The notes under the pieces are model-generated. The model saw only the letters and a list, made by a program, of their open reading frames with translations, did not search any database and was not told where the DNA came from. Both the position numbers and the translations under genes were made by a program. Source: a virus. Taken from it: a stretch of 64,000 bases of DNA. Below are positions 48,590 through 56,332 of the stretch, in pieces; position 1 is the stretch's first letter; every line of letters starts with the position of its first letter. The stretch spans positions 3,248 through 67,247 of IMG/VR virus record IMGVR_UViG_3300035698_016083; one strand, 5' to 3'.

Positions 48590-49933
48590 TTAAAGTTTAA
48601 TCAAAACTTTTATATCTTCGGTTTGTGACACTGATCTCTCGATAGCAGCTTTATTTTGTATGTATAATAGATCGCCAGAGAATATATTATTACCTGAGGA
48701 GTCTAAAGTCGAAATGGTACCTGAAGCACCTATAGCTGTTATTGTAGATCCGATGTCAGAATCGAATTCACCAAATCCGGTGTCTTCATTCTGATGATAA
48801 AAAATTGTATCCGAATCAATGTAATCAATCATACCCTGAGAACCTGAAATAGATCCTGTGAATACCTGATCAGCACTAAATGTTGTGGCGTCACCTACTA
48901 GAGTAAGCTGAATGTGATCTAAGAAATTTGCCGTAAGTGAATTAATTCTTGAACCACCAACCGTTTCAGGATTTCTAAGAAGAAGAACCTGTCTGAAATC
49001 ATTACCAATAACGAAGTCACCATTCTCATCACCCGATGGTTTTGAATTGAACATGACTATAGAGGATCTTAGATCTACTCTTGGATCTTTTCCAACACCT
49101 CGATCATCACCCAGAACCGCTCTAGCTTCTGCACCAGAACCACCACCGCCTGTTAGATTAATCTTAGCATACTGATACCCAGTACCAAAGAATAATGATC
49201 CACCTGAATCATCCATTTCAATCTTTGTAACTGCGCCGGATGCTACCGTTGCAACTGCTCTAGCCCCAGAACCATTACCTTCAATCTCAACTGTTGGTGA
49301 ACTTGTATAACCAGTACCAGAAGTTGTGACTACGATATTTAGTATCTCTGAACTATCAGCAGCATTTTGGATATCATACTGATCTCTGTCTGTAGCCGGA
49401 TCGCCAACGCCAGCGGAATCAACAAACTTAACAGGCATATAGTTAGCGCTTAGATATTTTGTTGAATCGATCGCGCCAATTGTGTAAAGATATTTCCAAA
49501 CATATCCGTCTGCCGTAATAAACGCTTCGGTGCTTGTACCGGAAGGTTTAGTAGTTGACGTAACACTTATGCCTGCGGTTGTTTTACCTTGACGTAAACA
49601 GATGTAAACGTTGTTTTCATCAGTCATAATATAATAAGAATTGGATGGGTAATCTGAAGAAGCATCATCAAACGATGTATATGTCGTACCAGAAGACCAT
49701 TTATGTCTAGGAATTACATAAGAAACATCTGCTGCTGTCTTCATTGACTGCATTGATAGTCTAGCATTTCTTTGGTCACGCGTACTGTTGACCGGATTTA
49801 CGAGAGTATCGGTCTCATCCCACTGTTCAGATTTACCAATAGCAATATAGTAATAGTCTGAATCGACAGTTACATTATTGATCAGATTATCAAATATCTG
49901 TTTCTTAATGTCGTTTGTAATTATAGCAGTCAT
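48590..49933 (-). CDS. gp8: Baseplate wedge subunit gp8
   Basis: MTAIIT, VIPR..WSSG..Y, NVYICL, DGYVWKYLYTI, NDFRQ and SGDLLYIQNK.AI.R...QTEDIK. Confidence 0.9.
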   Translation of the reverse strand: MTAIITNDIKKQIFDNLINNVTVDSDYYYIAIGKSEQWDETDTLVNPVNSTRDQRNARLSMQSMKTAADVSYVIPRHKWSSGTTYTSFDDASSDYPSNSYYIMTDENNVYICLRQGKTTAGISVTSTTKPSGTSTEAFITADGYVWKYLYTIGAIDSTKYLSANYMPVKFVDSAGVGDPATDRDQYDIQNAADSSEILNIVVTTSGTGYTSSPTVEIEGNGSGARAVATVASGAVTKIEMDDSGGSLFFGTGYQYAKINLTGGGGSGAEARAVLGDDRGVGKDPRVDLRSSIVMFNSKPSGDENGDFVIGNDFRQVLLLRNPETVGGSRINSLTANFLDHIQLTLVGDATTFSADQVFTGSISGSQGMIDYIDSDTIFYHQNEDTGFGEFDSDIGSTITAIGASGTISTLDSSGNNIFSGDLLYIQNKAAIERSVSQTEDIKVLIKL

Positions 49934-49945
49934 CTTTGTTTCCTA

Positions 49946-50935
49946 TTAAGCTACTGTTACTTCGCCTTGGTTACCAATAAGGTACCAATTTGTTCCATCC
50001 CAGATGACACTACATCCGTCGAATTGCGCAAGGGCAAATGTTGTTCCCTGTGCGAAGTTAGTTGGTGTGACAGTTGCAACACCAACACCTTTATTAGTGA
50101 ATATTTTTTCTTCTCCATCTTCGGTGCCGTCTGCAAGGGATATAGCCAAGGCAGTTGCCTTATTACAAATGATGTATGATGCACTATTAGATGCTGCTCC
50201 GTTTGCCGTAATCGTAGATGGTGTGTTTGCTACCTTTGAAAGTTTTATAGATCCATTACCTTTGGCAACTAGATCTAAGCTTATATTTGTGTCGTCACCT
50301 GATGCAGTGATCGATGGATCATTTCCAATAGCGGCATTTGAAATATCGATTTCATTTATCGCCGAACCAATTGCCGTAAGTTTAATAATCTCATTACCTG
50401 AGGCACCATTAATGGAACCTGTAATGCGTGGAGTAGTCAGTGTCTTGTTTGTTAGGGTAACACTGTGTGCGGCGAAAACGAATTCATCAGATGCACCTAA
50501 TAGAGGTAGACTGATCGTTCTGTCTGCAGCTAACTCTGCCACGCCTATAGTATATCTATGGTCAGAACTCGTGTCAAATATATCTACATCGAACATGGTT
50601 GGTCGTGTGAGAACTGCGTCTATTAACGTTTTGTCCCAGAGACTTTGTGAGCTACTGTCTAGAATAACATCACCACTTGCATCAGGTAGAACGACTGTAC
50701 GGTCTGCAGTAGGATTTACTACACCGAATATTGTTTCAAAGTCATCCGCAACTGAGCCTTCGAAGATCACATTGTCGTTTGTGAGAGTGACTCCAGTACT
50801 TAATATGTCTGAATCGCCACCGAGCGCGCGCCAAATTTCCACGAAATTATCGTTGATCTTCGTACTAATCTGACGTAGAGAATCTCCAGTACCGTCGTTG
50901 GCACTTGCTCCGATGTATATATTTTGTCTAGTCAT
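49946..50935 (-). CDS. Baseplate wedge/fibre connector (gp9/gp10-like N-terminus)
   Basis: IGASANDGTGDSLR...KINDNFVEI; PTADRTVVLPDASG and TLTNKTLT modules. Confidence 0.75.
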   Translation of the reverse strand: MTRQNIYIGASANDGTGDSLRQISTKINDNFVEIWRALGGDSDILSTGVTLTNDNVIFEGSVADDFETIFGVVNPTADRTVVLPDASGDVILDSSSQSLWDKTLIDAVLTRPTMFDVDIFDTSSDHRYTIGVAELAADRTISLPLLGASDEFVFAAHSVTLTNKTLTTPRITGSINGASGNEIIKLTAIGSAINEIDISNAAIGNDPSITASGDDTNISLDLVAKGNGSIKLSKVANTPSTITANGAASNSASYIICNKATALAISLADGTEDGEEKIFTNKGVGVATVTPTNFAQGTTFALAQFDGCSVIWDGTNWYLIGNQGEVTVA

Positions 50936-51213
50936 TATTTCTTATATCCTGCTTTCAGTCTTTTCTGAATACCGGCTTCGATTTCCTTAGCCTTACCGAC
51001 CTTTGAAGGATAGACTTTTGCGTTCCGATTATATCCTACGCTCTCAGGAGGATTCAGTTTAGCACGTCCTGTAGATTTAGCATGCGCTAGAGATCTACCT
51101 TTCTCCCGACTCTTTGAAAATGTTTTTGGTCCACGCTCACGATGTTGCTTAGACGTATATGAGTCTATGGTCTTCTGAGAAATTTCTGTAAGGTGTTGTT
51201 TAAAGGTCTTCAT
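50935..51213 (-). CDS. Putative internal head protein (IP-like, basic)
   Basis: N-terminal MKTFKQHLTE resembles the T4 capsid-targeting sequence MKTYQEFIAE; K/R-rich. Confidence 0.7.
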   Translation of the reverse strand: MKTFKQHLTEISQKTIDSYTSKQHRERGPKTFSKSREKGRSLAHAKSTGRAKLNPPESVGYNRNAKVYPSKVGKAKEIEAGIQKRLKAGYKK

Positions 51214-51521
51214 GAACCTCTCCCGTTTACTCTTTGGCGTTGTGTTCCAACACGTCTGCTATAATCACCGCGCCCGAGCTTATCCTTGTGGTTCTGTGAG
51301 TGTGCATTATACGTTACAGGTTTGTTACTTGACGTTGCCTGTTTCTTTGCACCGGCTAAAGTTTTATGTGAACTGTTAATATAAGCGTGACCGGGTTTAT
51401 ATACGAGGAAACGTCTGTCGCCCTTATCTTTACCGTCGTCATGAATCGGGTGGTCGTTATGCGTCGCAACCTGTTTACCGAACTTCTGGGCTTCTGATAG
51501 GTGTTCTCTAAAGGTTTTCAT
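51210..51521 (-). CDS. Putative internal head protein (IP-like, basic)
   Basis: N-terminal MKTFREHLSE; K/R/H-rich. Confidence 0.7.
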   Translation of the reverse strand: MKTFREHLSEAQKFGKQVATHNDHPIHDDGKDKGDRRFLVYKPGHAYINSSHKTLAGAKKQATSSNKPVTYNAHSQNHKDKLGRGDYSRRVGTQRQRVNGRGS

Positions 51522-51522
51522 A

Positions 51523-51999
51523 TTATCCTCGTGCCTTAGTACCAGTAAGCTTATCCACCGCTGTGTCGATACCCTTCAGACGTTTATTTGCTTTCTTATC
51601 TGTAGCAGATCGCCCCTTACTATCGCCTCGGTGATCTTGACGGACACTATCTTTACCTAGAAATTTCACGTCGCGTGAAGCATCCTTCACATAAGACTTA
51701 AGAGTCTTCTTACTAAGTTCTAGTAGAGTGTCTGATATTTCTAGAGAAGGTGCTAGATCTTCTTTATACTGTGACTTAAGTCTCTTCTTCGCAATAGTAA
51801 TTCCAGCATCTCTTTTATTTGAACGTTTGACCTGATTATTTATATCGCGGCGAGGCGCGCCGCGGTCATAGAGGGTGTCACCATATTTATCAGCCATGTC
51901 CCTATCAGGTTTTGCTGCTTTCACGTAGGACTTGAGAGTCTTCTTCGAGAGCTCCACGAGTTCTGTTGATATTCCCAGGGAGGTACTTAGTTCTGACAT
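51523..51999 (-). CDS. Putative internal head protein with a duplicated ELSKKTLKSYVK module
   Basis: Two ~79-aa repeats, each preceded by an LxE site; CATAAATA at 52025-52032. Confidence 0.7.
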   Translation of the reverse strand: MSELSTSLGISTELVELSKKTLKSYVKAAKPDRDMADKYGDTLYDRGAPRRDINNQVKRSNKRDAGITIAKKRLKSQYKEDLAPSLEISDTLLELSKKTLKSYVKDASRDVKFLGKDSVRQDHRGDSKGRSATDKKANKRLKGIDTAVDKLTGTKARG

Positions 52000-52038
52000 G
52001 TTTGTTTCCTATTGTTCTTTGTCTTATTTATGATGTTT

Positions 52039-53628
52039 TTACGGGAGATATGAAGAAACGTAGTTAATAGCATCACCCATTTCATTAGAGTCTGTGAAGA
52101 AGACTAGAGCGTACGCTCCGAATTCCCATGCATCAGAGTCATATGCGAATCCTAGGGATGGTCCGTTTGAACCGGTAAGATTTACATTTCTGAAAGTCAT
52201 GACGTTGTTAGCATGAACAGCATCATATAGTTGGTCTCTCGTCTTAGTATTGTCGTAAGTTGTACCGGCGATTTCTACGGAAGATCCACCGTATGTTCCT
52301 ATATCGATTTGTCCAGCACTATCATTCTGTTCCATAACACCTGCCTGATCGGATAGACCATCATATAGTATATTCGAAATATCAGTATCTTTTGCATATG
52401 AACGATAAGCCAGAGCGATGTTCATTCCGCTATCTAACCAACCAGAGTAACCTCTAATTGTCATACCACCATTGTAGCCGAACATGTGAATCGCGCCGTC
52501 AGAATCTACATGGTTACCCTGTGAGGCATCGAACGCCACGGATTCCAGAGCTATGTAGTTTCCGTTCGCACGATTATCATCCCACCACTGAACGCCGTAG
52601 GCATCGATATTATTTATTACTCCACTGTCGTATGAGTATACTCCGGTAGCTGATAGAGGTACGATTGCAGGCGCTACCACATCTGCAATCATATCACTGT
52701 CTATATAATCTTCGAATATACCTTGGTCACCTGTTTCGATAACGTTAGAAGCATCGATAGGTATAATAATTCCATCGCTGTCCATATCCATAGTAGGTGA
52801 AGTAGCTTTTTCTAAGTCTCTTACAGATCCATATAGATTTGCAAGTTCACCAAGAGTAGTACCACTATCGTAATTACCCATAACTTTGTAAGATGCCATA
52901 CGGAATTGAATATCTCCAGAATCGTATAGTACAGTCATTGGATCATCTGGTGCACTCATAATAGAAGAAACATCAAGAATAGTTTCCAGAATAATGTCAT
53001 CTGCCAGACCAATAGAGAGAGGAGCACTATCCTCAAAACATGCAATACCTTCTGTGAGTACATCTCCCGCCAAGTGGAATCCTGCAGGATGTGCGAAAGC
53101 TTTATAGAGAGTTTGCCATTGCGCGATAGGTATTCCAGACTGTATGAGTATAGAATAGATTTGGTATCTCTCATCATCAATAATAAAGCGTAAAGACTCA
53201 TACCCTATTTGACTTTCTGAAACTATAAAAATATTTTCTTTGGGATATACTATAGTAGGTGTCTCTCCAAAGAACATTCTGAAGAACCCCATTACAGAAT
53301 ATTCGGTCCCTTTTTTCCGTAAGAAAAAATTTATGACTTTTCCTACGAGTCGAGGGTCTTCAAAGAAACGGGAATTTGACCCATTTCCTATTTCGAAAAA
53401 AATTTTATCGAGGAGGGAAAGCGAAGTAGCATCGAGATCTCTTATGAGTAGGAGGTCGGTCCCGAGGATCTCTGTCCAGGAGCCCTTCTGGGCCATGTAG
53501 TCGTAGTACACATTCAGAAATTCGATAAAGGATGGATACTCCTCTATAAAATAACTAGGTAGCACATTCTCTATTGAAGGTCTACGAAGGCTCTCTGGTC
53601 TTCTATATTCTGAATGTATAATATTCAT
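52039..53628 (-). CDS. gp7: Baseplate wedge initiator gp7-like protein with C-terminal extension
   Basis: LPSYFIEEYPSFIEFL..YY, KKGT..S..FFRMFF, YPKENIF, YQIYS and HPAGF. Confidence 0.75.
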   Translation of the reverse strand: MNIIHSEYRRPESLRRPSIENVLPSYFIEEYPSFIEFLNVYYDYMAQKGSWTEILGTDLLLIRDLDATSLSLLDKIFFEIGNGSNSRFFEDPRLVGKVINFFLRKKGTEYSVMGFFRMFFGETPTIVYPKENIFIVSESQIGYESLRFIIDDERYQIYSILIQSGIPIAQWQTLYKAFAHPAGFHLAGDVLTEGIACFEDSAPLSIGLADDIILETILDVSSIMSAPDDPMTVLYDSGDIQFRMASYKVMGNYDSGTTLGELANLYGSVRDLEKATSPTMDMDSDGIIIPIDASNVIETGDQGIFEDYIDSDMIADVVAPAIVPLSATGVYSYDSGVINNIDAYGVQWWDDNRANGNYIALESVAFDASQGNHVDSDGAIHMFGYNGGMTIRGYSGWLDSGMNIALAYRSYAKDTDISNILYDGLSDQAGVMEQNDSAGQIDIGTYGGSSVEIAGTTYDNTKTRDQLYDAVHANNVMTFRNVNLTGSNGPSLGFAYDSDAWEFGAYALVFFTDSNEMGDAINYVSSYLP

Positions 53629-53697
53629 TTTTATCTCTTATACTGAGTTTAGGGATGTATGTGGGGATGTCTCTATACTAGGCTAAACTGTCTAAAC

Positions 53698-55533
53698 TTA
53701 TAATGTTGTTCTGATTGTTTGGTAATCTATTATACTATCTGCATAAGATAGTTCATCTTCGTAGTTGAGTATGTATTTTCTCAACGGTTTGACTACAGAT
53801 TGATCATGAGGTATTGCATTGATTTTGATATAAGATTTCCCTTCTAGTATAGAAGTTGGTTCGAATCCTACTAAGGTAACTAGGCCCAGTCCTGCATCGT
53901 AAGAACCTACGTTGTCTACTATAACATCCCCAGCCTCATTAACAACCTCTAATTTGTTATGAGAAAGTTTATTGGATATAAGAGCTATCTGACCATTATG
54001 AACAAACTTAGAAGAACTAATAATATAATTCTTATCATCAGTTGGACTGAGTGTCACTGGGAAGGAAAGGGAATAAGCATTAGACTGACCGAGAGTTGGT
54101 GTGAATCTTTGTTGGACCTTAACAGTCATTCTACTAGAGAGAATTGCATCGTCAAATTCATCTATTTCAGCAAGTAGTTTGGATCTTCTAAAGGATTTCC
54201 CAAACTTCTCTAAGTTGGTACTAACATGAGTTGAGATCAGATTAAGAACGTTTGACTCCATAGTCTGAGCTGTAATAGATGTTAGATTTGGATTGAAATC
54301 GAAATTGGTTTCAAACACTATGTAAGTATCTTCTGGGTCAACGAACTCTGGGGTAATACTCATTATGCTAAGAACGTCTAGCAATTCAATTTTAATCTTA
54401 GACTTAAGAGCGGTTTGACTTGCATCGTCAGTACCATCTGGGAACTTAAGGCTGACGAATGCCTTACCGAATTCTCTTGGTACGTTCTCTTCACCTCCCC
54501 ATGCTATAGCATCCTCTAATGATGCATAGTTGGAAAGTATTAAAGTTTTATAATCTTGTGATGTTACTAATCTCTGTTGTGCTGCGTGGTTGAGTGGTGC
54601 TAACTGTCTAATAGATTCTATTGATTGTTTCTCACTGCCACCTACGCTCTTATTGATTGTTGTGACGCCATATTGGTACGTGTTGCTATTGATAGTATAT
54701 GAAGACGTTGTAGCAAATACCGATGCTCCATTACCTTCTTCTCCATTCGATGCTATGTACTCTACTACTATCTTGTTGCCTGCGATAGGTGCTACGCCGA
54801 GGATTGTGCCATCAGAGAATGATAGTTCGTAATTACCGTTTGGTGATTCTTTTAGAACGAAGTAAGTGCTTGTTGCGTCTACTGTAATGGAGTCAGCGAT
54901 GTCTGTGTACGTTGCATAGTTTTGTGAGTTTGCTGTATCATAGACCTTTACAGATAGTGTGTTCGAATCTAAATTACTGTCAGGAATAACGTACGTTGCT
55001 CTTTCGCTTGTCTCTCCCACATAGAACGTTTTGGTACGTAGAGCTCCTTCATACACTTGTATGTACTCATTACCGTTTGCGTCAAGATATGTGTACGAGC
55101 CGAAGCCGTCATCATATGCTGTAAAGGATTCTAATGTTCTATAAACGAAATTGCTACCTTCAATAGATGATGTGAAGATTGTGCCTTTCGGTAATGTTAA
55201 TAGTGCGGAGCGATCAGCCGGATCTGTTATGGAGATAGTTAATTTTATGTTAGCGAATGCCGATGTCTTAGAGTACGGTGTGTATCCTAATGACTGTGCG
55301 TGCGTTACTATTGATGATCGCAGTTGTGCTGTTTGCAGGAACGATTCGTTCAAAGACATATTTGCGAATAGGCCGTTGAAGTGTGTGTTGTGAGCTAATA
55401 CGTCTAGGAGATTTGATAGGCCGGAACCCTCGAAGTCGTAGTCTGCGAACTCATTGCTCTGAAGGAAATAAGTCTTTAGGTTCTCTTTTATGGCGTTGAA
55501 GTCTAAATCTGTGGACTGTATGTTCGTGGTCAT
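53698..55533 (-). CDS. gp6: Baseplate wedge gp6
   Basis: LDFNAIKENLK...FADYDFEGSGLSNLLDVLAHNTH...NESFLQTAQLRSS and QQRLVT..DY. Confidence 0.93.
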   Translation of the reverse strand: MTTNIQSTDLDFNAIKENLKTYFLQSNEFADYDFEGSGLSNLLDVLAHNTHFNGLFANMSLNESFLQTAQLRSSIVTHAQSLGYTPYSKTSAFANIKLTISITDPADRSALLTLPKGTIFTSSIEGSNFVYRTLESFTAYDDGFGSYTYLDANGNEYIQVYEGALRTKTFYVGETSERATYVIPDSNLDSNTLSVKVYDTANSQNYATYTDIADSITVDATSTYFVLKESPNGNYELSFSDGTILGVAPIAGNKIVVEYIASNGEEGNGASVFATTSSYTINSNTYQYGVTTINKSVGGSEKQSIESIRQLAPLNHAAQQRLVTSQDYKTLILSNYASLEDAIAWGGEENVPREFGKAFVSLKFPDGTDDASQTALKSKIKIELLDVLSIMSITPEFVDPEDTYIVFETNFDFNPNLTSITAQTMESNVLNLISTHVSTNLEKFGKSFRRSKLLAEIDEFDDAILSSRMTVKVQQRFTPTLGQSNAYSLSFPVTLSPTDDKNYIISSSKFVHNGQIALISNKLSHNKLEVVNEAGDVIVDNVGSYDAGLGLVTLVGFEPTSILEGKSYIKINAIPHDQSVVKPLRKYILNYEDELSYADSIIDYQTIRTTL

Positions 55534-55980
55534 TTATCTTAACCTTTGTAGGAATACGGAGAGCTCTACCGGCTCATTGCTGTTTATAACTTTAAATATA
55601 ATTGTTGCGGAGACGGCGTTACTGTCTGGTACATGTTGTGCTTCAATTCTTATGATTTGTGCACGTGGCTCGTTGTTCTCTATAGCCGTGAGGATACGTT
55701 GCTCTATAAGGAATGCTGTGTTGTCGTCTGCGAGTTCGAATAGCAGATCACGTATAGAAGAGCCGAATGATGGAAGGAATGGCTTCTCGTTATAATTCGT
55801 GAGGATTATGTTCTTCACGGATTGCTTTACGGAAGCGGCGTCATACTTCTTGTAAACGTCTCCTGTCGTCTTCTTTGCGAATGACAGATCTATGTCTATG
55901 AACTGTCGTTGGCGACTGCCTACTATTATAGACGATGATAGATTTCTGTCTTCGTACGATAGAACTTTAGTAATAGCCAT
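55534..55980 (-). CDS. gp25: Baseplate wedge gp25
   Basis: DIDLSF...SVKQSVKNIILTN..EKPF.P.FGS.IRDLLFE...EPR; TATAAATA at 56003-56010. Confidence 0.92.
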   Translation of the reverse strand: MAITKVLSYEDRNLSSSIIVGSRQRQFIDIDLSFAKKTTGDVYKKYDAASVKQSVKNIILTNYNEKPFLPSFGSSIRDLLFELADDNTAFLIEQRILTAIENNEPRAQIIRIEAQHVPDSNAVSATIIFKVINSNEPVELSVFLQRLR

Positions 55981-56078
55981 TATATTCTTTTCTTTTTCCT
56001 TTTATTTATAGACGAAACGGGTGGCTTAATGATCACTGAAATGTGTTATTTTTAGTGTGACTCGAAGAAAAGGTGATT

Positions 56079-56319
56079 CGAGATTTCATTAGATATTATT
56101 GTGAAGTTGTGAAGTTCTATATAGTGTGAATTGTGAAGTTGTGAACATGAAATCTCGGTGATCATTTATGATCAATTATGAGGTGTTATGTGTGTTTGTA
56201 TATCATAAATGATCGATTGTAATAGGCCGAACGTTGCCTCTTATAAGCCGTTTGGATGTATAATGGGTCATATGTGACCTGTTACGTGAGAACTGATTAT
56301 TTCTTATGAGAACCGATTA
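56079..56319. repeat. Repeat-rich non-coding region
   Basis: Inverted repeat CGAGATTTCAT (56079-56089 / 56147-56157) enclosing five TGTGAA copies; inverted repeat GATCATTTATGAT (56160-56172 / 56202-56214); direct repeat TGAGAACYGATTA (56287, 56307). Confidence 0.85.
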
Positions 56320-56332
56320 CTATGTGCAAGTA

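Noticed and set aside
56099-56146. TGTGAA repeats as a possible CRISPR array
   Set aside because: Units are 7-8 bp with no unique 25-40 bp spacers, and no cas genes are present.
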